Below the pieces are notes generated by a model. That model worked only from the letters and a program-made list of their open reading frames with translations. It did no database searches and had not been told where the DNA came from. DNA of 26,680 bases, taken from assembly GCA_964016885.1 (NCBI GenBank), contig CAXHJY010001004.1, forward strand, positions 1 through 26,680, given 5' to 3'. The stretch is from Eledone cirrhosa. Lineage: Eukaryota. Made by a program: the position numbers and the translations under genes. Below, piece by piece: positions 1-13,831 of the stretch. Position 1 is the first letter of the stretch. Every line of letters starts with the position of its first letter.

Positions 1-725
1 ATATATATATATATTATTATATTTTATATATATGTATATTTATATATTATATATAGTATATATATTATATATATATGTATATGTATATATAGTATATGAG
101 TATATTATATATATGTATATATATTGTATATATATATATATGTATATATATGATTATATGTATAAATATATGTAATGTATATATATATAATTATAATATT
201 TATAATATAATAAATATATATATGTGCTAATATATTATATATATATATATACTATATATATGTATATAATTATATAACTATATATATATATATATATACT
301 TTATATATATATATTTATATGTTATATTTATGTATATATGTATATATATGTATATGTATATATAAGTATATATTATATTATATATGTAATATATATGTAT
401 ATGTATATATGTATATGTATATATATATATGTATATATATGTATATATATATATATATGTATATATATGTATATATGTGTATATGTATATATATATATAT
501 ATGTATATGTATATATATATATGTATATATATGTATATGTATATATATATATGTATATATATATATATGTGTATATATATATGTATATATATGTATATAT
601 ATATATGTATAATATATATATATAATGTATATATATATGTATATATATATATATATGTATATATATATGTATATATATGTATATATACTATATATATATA
701 TATGTATATATATATGTATATATAT

Positions 726-775
<50 letters not shown>

Positions 776-833
776 GTATATATATATGTATATATATATA
801 TGTATATATATGTATATATATATGTATATATAT

Positions 834-866
<33 letters not shown>

Positions 867-936
867 GTATATAATATATGTATATATATATATGTGTATA
901 TATATATTGTATATAATATATATATGTATATATATG

Positions 937-969
<33 letters not shown>

Positions 970-970
970 G

Positions 971-1001
<31 letters not shown>

Positions 1002-1346
1002 GTTATATATATATATATGTATATGTATATTATATATATATATATGTATATATATGTATATATATATGTATATATATATATGTATATATATGTATATATA
1101 TATATGTATATATATATGTGTATATATATATGTGTATATATATGTGTATATATATATGTGTATATATATATGTGTATATATATATGTGTATATATATATG
1201 TATATATATATATATGTATATATATATGCATATGTATATATATGTATATATGTATTGTATGTATATATGTATATGTATATATATGTATATATATATATGT
1301 TGTATATATATATATGTGTATATATATATGTGTATATATATATTTG

Positions 1347-1402
<56 letters not shown>

Positions 1403-1446
1403 CGTATATATATATATGTATATATGTATATATATATGTATATATG

Positions 1447-1521
<75 letters not shown>

Positions 1522-1522
1522 G

Positions 1523-1581
<59 letters not shown>

Positions 1582-1630
1582 GTATATATATATAGTATAT
1601 TATATATATATGTATAATATATATATATAT
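1..1630. repeat. Interrupted (TA)n microsatellite array, mostly ATGTA interruptions
   Basis: Almost pure A/T alternation with periodic G; runs off the window start. Confidence 0.97.
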
Positions 1631-2433
<803 letters not shown>

Positions 2434-2994
2434 ATCATCATCATCAACGTTTAACGTCCGTGTTCCACGCTTGCATGGGTTTGGACGGGGGTAGTCCCAC
2501 TTGAGGCAAGAGTGATTGTCTTGCTCGCATAGGACTGTCTGGCAGGTTTTCTACAGTTGGATGCCCTTCCTAACACCAACCACATTTACAGTGTGGGTCT
2601 GGGAGGTTTTTACCGTGTTGCCTACACGGCCACATTACAGCGTGGACTGTGTGTTTTTTTTGTCGTGACACCTACACGATCTCATTTGTTTCGGCCTCGA
2701 TGGCGCGGCACCAACATAACTTTACATAGAACGGGGTGGTGTGGATGGGGTGGGGGTGGTGGTGGTGGGACGGGGTGTATTTTGTTAGAGATGCCTACTG
2801 GCTGGAGTAGGTTTTACTATATATTTAGGTAAGGCGGGTCTTCTCTGTTACTGAGTACCGCCAAAGGTCTCGGTCCAGTGACATTGTCTTGGAGAGGTGT
2901 AAGTGTGTGATGTCGGAGTTTATCAGCTCGTCCCAGGTTTTTCTAGGTCTGCCTATTCCGTGACTACCGTCTATCTTTATTGCCCTGCACTTTG

Positions 2995-2999
<5 letters not shown>
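2434..2999 (-). mobile_element. 5'-truncated RTE-clade LINE (RT C-terminus, 3' UTR, (GAT)n tail)
   Basis: Reverse complement matches about 8880-9550; encodes GRPRKTWDELINSD on the minus strand; CATCATCAT tail. Confidence 0.9.
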
Positions 3000-3039
<40 letters not shown>

Positions 3040-3185
3040 TATGTTTAAATTTAGTGGTTTACCACTGGGTAGAATTGCTCATTCTGCAATATTAACCATG
3101 ATATAATATGAGAAAAGCACTCAACATTAAGCAACTCATCCATCTCTGATGTTGAATCATGTTGGTGGTGCAGGAACGGAGTCAA

Positions 3186-3747
3186 ATATATTATAAAGTA
3201 AAATGACAGGAGGCCAAATATGTTGAATTTCCTTGTTGACTATCTATTACTGCAACCGCCATACACATTTCAGTGGCCAGGTTGTGCAAGAACCCAGTGA
3301 CATCCTCAGGTGTAAATCGTGTAACAGATGCACACCAACGGAATGATGGTAAACCCATTCCAAGGAGGCTTCAAGGGAACAAGCAAGAAAAAACAGAGAA
3401 GAAAAAAAAGTGTGTCTATGTTCTTGACCCAGAGACAAATGAAGCAGCATGTTGTTATAGTGCCCCGTCATCTCAGAGATGACGTCATTATAAGAACATT
3501 TGGCTCTGGGTCAAAAACACAAACACACTTCTCCTTCTTCTGTTTTTTCTTTGCTTTTTTCCCCAAAGCCTCCTGGAATGAGTTTACCATCATTCCGCTG
3601 GTATACATCTATTACACAATATACACCCGAAGATGTCACCAGGTTCCTACGCAATCTGGCCACTGAAATGTGTATAGTGTTTGCAGGAATAAACCATCAA
3701 GAAAACTTAACATATTTGGCCTCCTGTCATTTTACTTTATAATATAT
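3186..3747. repeat. Long imperfect palindrome (arms about 280 bp, apex CGTCATCTC-A-GAGATGACG at 3466-3484)
   Basis: Arms align as reverse complements along their length; the outer ~39 bp are perfect. Confidence 0.93.
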
Positions 3748-3805
3748 CATCATCATCATCATCATCATCATCGTTTAACGTCCATCTTCCACGCTTGCAT
3801 GGGTT

Positions 3806-3806
<1 letters not shown>
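3748..3806 (-). mobile_element. Extreme 3' tail of an RTE LINE or RTE-dependent SINE
   Basis: (CAT)n followed by GTTTAACGTCC...TTCCACGCTTGCATGGGTTT, as in 2434-2482. Confidence 0.85.
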
Positions 3807-3836
<30 letters not shown>

Positions 3837-3968
3837 TAGAAAGTGAGGTTTTTTTCACAAAATGAAAAATAACCGAGGTGTCCTACACGAGTGAAAGTAT
3901 AAGGACAAAAGATGAAATCGAAAATGCAACTGGAGTCTTTTTATAAAATTTATATATTTATTTGGTTC

Positions 3969-4001
3969 CTTTGCCGGTTTCGCAGTTCTGCTTTTCAAAA
4001 G
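3969..4001 (-). ncRNA. Minimal hammerhead-like motif, U3-A8 core variant, probably inactivated
   Basis: Minus strand reads CTT TTGAAAA GCA-GAAC-TGC GAAA CCGG CA AAG. Confidence 0.4.
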
Positions 4002-4086
4002 TAGAGTTGAGATGGAGGGTTTGTGGTCCCCCCCCCCCCCCAAAAAAAAATATATATATATAGGGCGATAGGGGAGGGGGTGAGAG

Positions 4087-6783
<2,697 letters not shown>

Positions 6784-6790
6784 ATTTTGA

Positions 6791-7047
6791 CGTGTTGTTT
6801 CCTTGTGCAAGACACTTTATTTCACATTGCTCCAGTTTACTCAGCTGTAGAAATGAGATGATAGGGACTGGGGCCCCTATCATTCCGCTGCAAAGTGGTC
6901 GTGGAGGTGCCACGGCAAAAAGCACCCAGCACTCACTGTAAATGAGGTTGGTGTTAGGAAGGGCATCCAGCTGTAGAAATCAAGCCAGAATCAGTTCCCG
7001 TCCCACCCTTGCAAGCAGGGGAAAAGCGGACGGAAAATGAAATGAAA

Positions 7048-7051
<4 letters not shown>
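6791..7051 (+). mobile_element. SINE lacking its tRNA head: CORE-like body plus RTE-derived 3' tail, (GAAAT)n end
   Basis: GTGTTGTTTCCTTGTGCAAGACACTTTATTTCAC is shared with the SINEs at 10709 and 12399; GGTTGGTGTTAGGAAGGGCATCCAGCTGTAGAAA is shared with the RTE 3' UTR near 9287-9320. Confidence 0.8.
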
Positions 7052-7086
<35 letters not shown>

Positions 7087-7088
7087 AT

Positions 7089-7121
<33 letters not shown>

Positions 7122-7151
7122 TATATAGAGAGAGAGAGAGACACACACACA
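7052..7151. repeat. Compound microsatellite (TA)/(TG)/(TACA)/(GA)/(CA)
   Basis: Direct inspection. Confidence 0.9.
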
Positions 7152-7522
7152 CGTGTTCAAATTTATTCTAAACCAACTTTGCCTTTTATTTGTTTCACCC
7201 ACCAACCCGCTGATAGATAGACTCGGCTGGTCCATATTCACACTCACGTTTGTGTCTCACAAAGTAATAACATTACTATCATTACAATCCATCGCATATT
7301 AGGACGGGATTCTGCTATCGCGTCATTACTGTATTTACAACGTTTCGGTTTTTAAATACCCATTTTCACTTATTTCAATATGGTTTTAAACTGAAGTCAG
7401 GCTTCGTAGTCGTATAACGCGTAGAACAAACAGATTTTTATTTTGATGCAAACATTTTAAAACATAACTGTGAAAGGCGCCAACTTTTTAAAAGCAAACC
7501 TAACAATTTTTATCTTTGAAGT

Positions 7523-7531
7523 CAGGTGAGT
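7523..7531 (+). promoter_or_regulatory. Consensus splice donor CAG|GTGAGT downstream of a relatively CpG-rich unique stretch
   Basis: Perfect donor 9-mer; 7150-7480 is locally CpG-rich; no transcript evidence. Confidence 0.3.
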
Positions 7532-7740
7532 ACAGTTATTTCACACGTGAACAGTGTATTACTGGTACTCAATCATTATATATATATATATATAAAACAA
7601 TTTTTCACTTTTTTTATTGTTTTTGTTTTGATATGCGCTCTAATTTCCTGCTATTAATTTTATCTTTCACTCTTTCAAGTTGTGAAATAAACTGGTTTTT
7701 ACGCACCAGGCTGCCACATTTCGGCTCGCTACTATATATC

Positions 7741-8385
7741 GCTCTATAATGGATAATGGCATTTACAGTCCGTTAAAGGTTCTTGGCACTACCGTTGTTA
7801 ATATCGCTTTCCTCTAGCCGTGGGACTTGGAGAGAAGAGCCGAATGCTACCATCCTATTATACATCGATGTGGGACGGCTATTTCTAATAACCATACTTT
7901 CATATTAATAATTTGTATGGGAGACACGTTGGCATCAGTTCTTTTGACGGGAACGAAAAGATTTGTTTACTATTCTCCCGCCACCACGTAAAATGTGTAA
8001 ATCAGTGGCTAGTCGAATGACAGAGTTGTATCGGATTCCAGTTGCTAATCCCTTTACCGTGTCGGTTGTCACAAACAGTCGTGACCGGCATGGGCTGGGG
8101 TTTGGATTCTGTCGATCGATTGGTTATTGATTAGGCGATACCAGCTGATGAAGCCGCATAAGTCGATTATGCATTGTTGCATAATATATGCAGACGGAGG
8201 GTGCAGTGCACCTTACTGTTGCATTGAGTGCGGCCGAAACTCGAGTCCGGGAACTATTATAGGCACCCGTTTTACGTATGTTGTATTGAAGCGAATAACT
8301 ATGTGTATACTCTGGGAATGTATCTTATATTGCCCATTGATTATGGTGAGATACAACCGGTCCTGGCGTTGATAAATATGCTGAT
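7741..8385 (+). mobile_element. Putative structured non-coding ribozyme-bearing element; boundaries uncertain
   Basis: Higher-GC island between short TA runs; contains the HHR at 8141 and hairpins such as CCGTGTCGGT/ACCGGCATGG. Confidence 0.45.
8141..8251 (+). ncRNA. Type I hammerhead ribozyme with extended, branched stem II
   Basis: CCAG CTGATGA A GCCGCA [70 nt] TGCGGC C GAAA C TCGA GTC CGGG; palindromic ACTCGAGT stem III; one mismatch in stem I and one at the base of stem II. Confidence 0.7.
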
Positions 8386-8537
8386 ATATATATATAGTCC
8401 CGGGTTCAATAGGGGGTAACCACAGTTGGTAAGGTACCCAATACATTAGTAGAGTTAAATATAGAAATGGCTTCTACATACATACACACATAAATGGCTT
8501 CTATATACATACACACACATACATGCATATATATATA

Positions 8538-8647
8538 TGCTGTGGGTTGTATTGTCACTTTTTCCACCTTATATTTTACAAATGCATTTGGAAGTACAAA
8601 CGACAGAAAGTACTCACTGTATGTATGCTTATCTCTCTCTCTCTTAA
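8538..8647 (+). repeat. Left copy of 110-bp target-site duplication
   Basis: Identical to 9560-9669; the two copies flank the RTE insertion. Confidence 0.9.
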
Positions 8648-8658
8648 TATATATATCT

Positions 8659-9054
8659 CTGCATGGCAGTGAGATCTGGGCATTGTGTGTAGAGGATATA
8701 CGCAGACTAGAGAGGAACGAAGCTTGCATGCTCCGCTGGATGTGCAATAGTAATATACGTGAACGGCAAAGCATAAACGAACTAAGGAAAAAATTAGAAA
8801 TAAGAGGGATCAGATGTTGTTTACTCGAGAGAAGGCTACGTTGGTACGGTCACGTGATGCGCATGAAAGACGACAGCTGTATAACAAAGTGCAGGGCAAT
8901 AAAGATAGACGGTAGCCACGGAGTAGGCAGACCCAGAAAAACATGGGACGAGCTGATAAATTCCGACCTCACACGCTTACACCTCTCCAAGACAATGTCA
9001 CTGGACCGAGACCTTTGGCGGTACTCAGTAATAGAGAAGACCCGCCTTACCTAA
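8659..9054 (+). pseudogene. RTE ORF C-terminal remnant (post-RT region)
   Basis: Open frame within ORF 8494-9054; the N-terminal part of that ORF is flanking DNA. Confidence 0.85.
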
Positions 9055-9216
9055 ATACAAAGTAAAAACCTACTACAGTCAGTAGGCATCTCTATCAAAA
9101 CACACCCCCGTCCCTCCACCCCACCCACACCGCCCCTTTCAATGTAAAGTTATGTTGGTCCCACAACATCCAGGCCGAAACAAATGAGATCGTGTAGGTG
9201 TCACGACAAAAAACAC

Positions 9217-9448
9217 ACAGTCCACGCTGTAAATGTGGCCGTGTAGGTAACACGGTAAAAACCTCCCAGCCCCACACTGTAAATGTGGTTGGTGTTAGGA
9301 AGGGCATCCAGCTGTAGAAAACCCGCCAGACAGTCCACGCTGTAATGTGGCCGTGTAGGCAACACGGTAAAAACCTCCCAGCCCCACACTGTAAATGTGG
9401 TTGGTGTTAGGAAGGGCATCCAACTGTAGAAAACCCGCCAGACAGTCC
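9217..9448 (+). repeat. Tandem duplication (113 + 112 bp) in the RTE 3' UTR
   Basis: Units 9217-9329 and 9330-9441, bounded by ACAGTCC; single unit in the 2434-2999 copy. Confidence 0.92.
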
Positions 9449-9559
9449 TATGCGAGCAAGACAACCACTCTTGCCTCAAGTGGGAAAACCCCCGTCCAAA
9501 CCCATGCAAGCGTGGAACACGGACGCTAAACCTGATGATGATGATGATGACATATATAT

Positions 9560-9669
9560 TGCTGTGGGTTGTATTGTCACTTTTTCCACCTTATATTTTA
9601 CAAATGCATTTGGAAGTACAAACGACAGAAAGTACTCACTGTATGTATGCTTATCTCTCTCTCTCTTAA
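9560..9669 (+). repeat. Right copy of 110-bp target-site duplication
   Basis: Identical to 8538-8647. Confidence 0.9.
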
Positions 9670-10040
9670 GCATGATCATATTTCTTTACATTTCGGCTTG
9701 TAATCCCGAATACTTCCATATCAACCTAGGGAATAAGTTTTCTCACTAAAATAAGGTACAGTATTTGTCTCTATTTGTACTGTTTATAGCGGTTTTATAC
9801 CCGAATTATTTATAGCAACACAACTGCGTTCACAATTATTTTCTGCATTATATATATATATATATATGTGTGTATGTATGTATAAAACTGATAATGTGAA
9901 CAGGTGTGTTTAGCCAGAAGTGATTATATAGTCATAAAATGTATATATAGCCCAAAGTTCCGCTAAAATACGTCGTATAATGTTAAACGGGAAAAGAATT
10001 GTTTGTTTACATTATTTATATACGTCAGTAATACACTGGA

Positions 10041-10079
10041 TAATTGCTGGCCTTGTGCCTAACGTAGGAACAATTATTT
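10041..10079 (+). mobile_element. SINE 3' tail fragment
   Basis: AATTGCTGGCCTTGTGCCTA matches 11679-11699. Confidence 0.65.
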
Positions 10080-10268
10080 ATATACGTCACACGTGCATGA
10101 TATATATAAATCGAAATGGTATTTTTATGTTAATGCTATTACATACACGATAATGCTACAATGTAAAGCAGAACCTGATACTTTTAGCAGTCTTATTTTG
10201 TTGTACCTGTTCTAACTCTCGGGCTAAACTATGTCGGATCATCGCCAGTTGCTAGAGCAAGTAGGCAT

Positions 10269-10428
10269 CAGGGCCGTCTTAACACCATTATAGGCCCCCC
10301 GGCCAAAGCAGAGCACTGGGGCCCATACCTACACAACCACTCACAGGAATAAAAATACAAATGGGCGCCCTAACCTCGTAGGGCCCCAGGGCAACTGCCC
10401 AGCGTGCCCATACGTTAAGACGGCCCTG
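10269..10428. mobile_element. 160-bp hAT-superfamily MITE
   Basis: 15-bp perfect TIRs CAGGGCCGTCTTAAC/GTTAAGACGGCCCTG; 8-bp TSD GTAGGCAT/ATAGGCAT with one mismatch. Confidence 0.9.
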
Positions 10429-10708
10429 ATAGGCATGCCTACAAAGTCAGAAAACAGCACAGCTCCCATGACTTTCGGAAACATTTTTTCACGCTCAGAG
10501 TTGCTGAAGCATGGACCAAACTACCTGCATCAGTTGTTAGCTGTCGAGACACTGCATCCTTTAAAACCTTCATGCTTCCTGAAATTCGCCAACACTACAC
10601 CTGATGTCCCCCTCTCTCCATACACACGCACACATGTATATCATGACTCATACACTATTCATTTTCCTGACATTTGTACATTATTCTATGTACTATACAT
10701 GCACCTTT

Positions 10709-10865
10709 GATCAGCTTGGCACAAGTGACGCCGCAACTCATTTCTAGAGCTGAGTGAACTGGAGCAACGTGAAATAAAGTGTCTTGCTGAAGAACACAAC
10801 ACACCGCCTGGTTCGGGAATCATGATTGTGAATCCGACACTAACCACTAACACACACGCCTTCAC
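10709..10865 (-). mobile_element. tRNA-derived SINE, head plus CORE-like body
   Basis: Minus strand has a degenerate A box (GTGTTAGTGG), a partly deleted B box, then GCAAGACACTTTATTTCACGTTGCTCCAG as in 6791-6860. Confidence 0.75.
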
Positions 10866-10924
10866 ATTTATTATTAGTACAGATTAAACTTTAATCTGCA
10901 CTAATAAGTATTTGCTCTACCCGG

Positions 10925-10997
<73 letters not shown>

Positions 10998-11044
10998 ATC
11001 CTTATCGAGCCCTCTTCGGATTTTGGTCTTCACATTCATTATTA
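10998..11044 (-). repeat. Copy of a ~50-bp dispersed motif (GAAGACYAAAATCCRAASAGGGCTCGATAAG)
   Basis: Reverse complement of the motifs at 11795 and 12897. Confidence 0.8.
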
Positions 11045-11260
11045 TATATACACATACACACATGCGACTTAGTAACAGAACCCTAACCCAAATGTGAATA
11101 TGCTGGAAATCGGATAAAATATTTTAACTTTCGCAATCAATTGTCAATGTTATATGACTTCTAATCTCAATCATGTTATCACCAGCTAACTTTCTGAAGA
11201 TTGTCCATGGCCAAAGGCCTGAAACTTAGAGTAACTAAGGTGGACTACAATCCTATATAT

Positions 11261-11385
11261 TGCCTTTCCTATGGACATGAACAGTGTTGTGAAGAGAGGA
11301 GACGGTTATGCATGGACGACTGCAAGTCTTCCACAAACAACCTTGCCCAGACTTGTGCCTCGGAAGGGAAACTTTCTAGGTACAA
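11261..11385 (+). mobile_element. Probable internal SINE fragment
   Basis: Higher-GC island resembling octopus SINE body sequence from memory; not verifiable within the window. Confidence 0.35.
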
Positions 11386-11494
11386 ATTATGTTATATACA
11401 TCTTGATTGATTGGTACTCAAGTTTCGTCAACTCATCCATTATATATACGTATATACATACACACCAAAATAGAATCATTATTAATGGTGGGGA

Positions 11495-11716
11495 GGGCGG
11501 TGGATTGGCAGTATCGGGAGAGGGCATGGACGCCAAGCTTTGCAGCATAGTTATGGCCCTTTATTATCTGAGTTCAAATCTCGCAAAGGTTAACTTTGCC
11601 TTTCATCTTTACGGGGTCGATAAAATAAAGTACCAGTCACGCACTGTGGTCGATTTAATCGACTTTCCTCTCCCCAATAAATTGCTGGCCTTGTGCCTAT
11701 ATAAGAAACCATTATT
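11495..11716 (+). mobile_element. tRNA-derived SINE with Nin/Deu-like domain
   Basis: A-box-like TGGCAGTATCGG, B-box-like GAGTTCAAATC, GCCTTTCATCTTTACGGGGTCGATAAAATAAAGTACCAG domain; 18-bp flanking repeat CATTATTAATGGTGGGGA at 11477-11494 and 11710-11727. Confidence 0.85.
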
Positions 11717-11794
11717 AATGGTGGGGAATGGTCAACTTGTGTTATCAATATTGCAAATCTTAAATAAATGTACTTGATAGATATATATATATAT

Positions 11795-11918
11795 AGTAAT
11801 AATAATAAATTTGAAGACTAAAATCCAAAGAGGGCTCGATAAGGATAAATATATATCAAATATATAAGAACCTTTAAGGGTGAAAGCAGCAATTCTTTAC
11901 TTAAACTTTAATCTGTTA

Positions 11919-11924
<6 letters not shown>
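11795..11924 (+). repeat. Longer copy of the ~50-bp dispersed motif, between TA runs
   Basis: Matches 12897-12950 and the reverse complement of 10998-11044. Confidence 0.75.
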
Positions 11925-11964
<40 letters not shown>

Positions 11965-12016
11965 GGGAAAATAACGCCTCGCTTCCAGCGACAAATCTAT
12001 CGTATATACTGTTTAG

Positions 12017-12302
12017 ATTGGGAACAGAGCAACTCTGCTTGTATGGAACAAACATCGTGACGCCAAGGATGTCATCAGATTGTAAAATATCGCCACTAAA
12101 AGAACCAATGAATGCCCTGAAATATCACAGAGACTGAAGGGCTTACCCAATTCTTTACACTGGAACATGGCATTAACACACGTTATGTTTGTCCAACGAT
12201 ATATAGATGTGTGTGAATGCAGTATAGAATAGGTACAACGTATCACTGCGTGTGGTATGAAGCAATGAAAAAAGTATCTGTAAAACATTTCACAAACAAG
12301 AG
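12017..12302 (+). other. Possible non-coding exon
   Basis: TTTAG| acceptor and GAG|GTAAGT donor around unique sequence; stops in all three frames. Confidence 0.25.
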
Positions 12303-12398
12303 GTAAGTAGTAAGTATATTTTTGGGAACTTCGAAAATACCACACATTTAAGAGAAACAAGAGCAATAATATAAATATATAGTTTATCAACGATGTAT

Positions 12399-12643
12399 AA
12401 GTTTGTGTGGCCTAGTGGTAACGGGTTTGAACTTCCGATCATAATGTCGTAGGTTTGATACCTGGGTCGAGTTGCGTGTTGTGTTCTTGAGCAAAACACT
12501 TCTTTCACGAGGACCAGGAACAGCTGGGTATTTAACCCTTTGATAGACTGGCATCCTGTCCAGTGGGGAGTCATCATCCCACGGAAAACGGAATAAGCAC
12601 CTGCCTGATGAGCTTCCGAGCACGAAACAGACTTAAGACTTTT
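12399..12643 (+). mobile_element. tRNA-derived SINE with CORE-like and V-domain-like segments
   Basis: A box TGGCCTAGTGG (12408-12418), B box GGTTTGATACC, TTGAGCAAAACACTT, AACCCTTTGATAGACTGGCATCCTGTCCAG. Confidence 0.8.
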
Positions 12644-12765
12644 AGAGATACATAATATATATGTATGTGTGTGTGTGTGTGTGTAAAAGGTAACAGAAAT
12701 AACAAAATCGGTACAGTATATGGAAGAGATATATTAGGTTAATGCTTGATATAGCAGGAAGAGTG

Positions 12766-12801
12766 TCTTAACGTTTCGGACCCTAGTCCTTCATCAGAAG
12801 A
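12766..12801 (-). ncRNA. Penelope-type minimal hammerhead motif within a ~200-bp remnant (about 12685-12888)
   Basis: Minus strand reads TCTT CTGATGA A GGAC-TAGG-GTCC GAAA CG TT AAGA; palindromic AACGTT in place of stem III. Confidence 0.75.
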
Positions 12802-12896
12802 AAGGAGAAATAAGATAGAGGGAACGGGTGGGTTATGTCTTTAGATAAAAAATAACAGGTCCATTCATGCTGACATCTCTTGCATAACTATATATA

Positions 12897-12950
12897 TAGT
12901 AATAATAATAAATGTGAAGACTAAAATCCGAACAGGGCTCGATAAGTATA
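12897..12950 (+). repeat. Third copy of the ~50-bp dispersed motif
   Basis: Matches 11795-11850. Confidence 0.8.
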
Positions 12951-12958
12951 AAAATATA

Positions 12959-13005
<47 letters not shown>

Positions 13006-13156
13006 CAGAAGATCCCGTTAATTACCTGTCTACTTTATATATATATACATGGAAGTGTAGCATCAATACGTATGTTTATATATGATAGGATATATATATA
13101 TATATATATATGCATGTATATATATGTGATTGTGTACATACATGTGTATATAATAC

Positions 13157-13194
<38 letters not shown>

Positions 13195-13776
13195 AGTCTA
13201 TATGTACACGTATGTATGTGGATGTATATATATGTATAAACCCGGATGTATACATGCGTGTGTGTGTGTATATATATATACACTTATGTATATGTGTATA
13301 TATATATATATACACTTATGTATGTGTATATACTTATACATGAGTATATACTTATGTATATGTGTATATATACTTACGTATCTGTATATATACACTTATG
13401 TGTATACTTATGTATATGCGTATATATATATATATATACACACACATGTGTATGTGTATATATACTTATGTATATGCGTATATATATAAATACACACACA
13501 TATATGTATGTGTATATATATTTATGTATATGCACTCTGTATATATATATGCATGTATATCAATATGTACATATAAATATATGCGTATATATAAATATAT
13601 GTATATGTGTGTGTATATATTTATACATGTATATTTGTATGTGTATGTTTATATTTTTATACATGCTTGTATGTGTGCATAAATATATATGTATGTGTAT
13701 ATAATTTGCGTGCGTGTATATATGTACATGTATATATGTTTGTGTATATACTGGTGTATTTTTACAAGTGTTAACA

Positions 13777-13827
<51 letters not shown>
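12951..13827. repeat. Degenerate (TA)/(TG) low-complexity DNA
   Basis: Direct inspection. Confidence 0.85.

Positions 13828-13831
<4 letters not shown>

Larger units (their letters stand above)
8659..9550 (+). mobile_element. 5'-truncated RTE-clade LINE with 3' UTR and (GAT)n tail
   Basis: Encodes LHGSEIW...RRLRWYGHVMRM...GRPRKTW, homologous to the end of the 22210-23766 ORF; stop at 9052-9054. Confidence 0.93.

Noticed and set aside
2731-2778. G-rich tract with G-quadruplex potential
   Set aside because: Antisense of a C-rich part of the RTE 3' UTR with a local GGT expansion; nothing supports a function
3247-3742. Overlapping 69-112 aa ORFs with similar peptides on both strands
   Set aside because: A consequence of the palindrome; no recognisable domain
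7336-7372. Minus-strand GUGAAAA...CCGAAACGUU hammerhead-like string
   Set aside because: The 3-8 core pair is broken and no stem I is found
11271-11777. 168-aa ORF
   Set aside because: Runs across SINE fragments; chance open frame
12399-12470. tRNA gene
   Set aside because: A and B boxes are present, but there is no cloverleaf and it continues into a SINE body
12605-12630. CTGATGA GCTTCCGAGC AC GAAAC resembling a hammerhead core
   Set aside because: No stem III/GUH site or stem I; lies in a SINE tail
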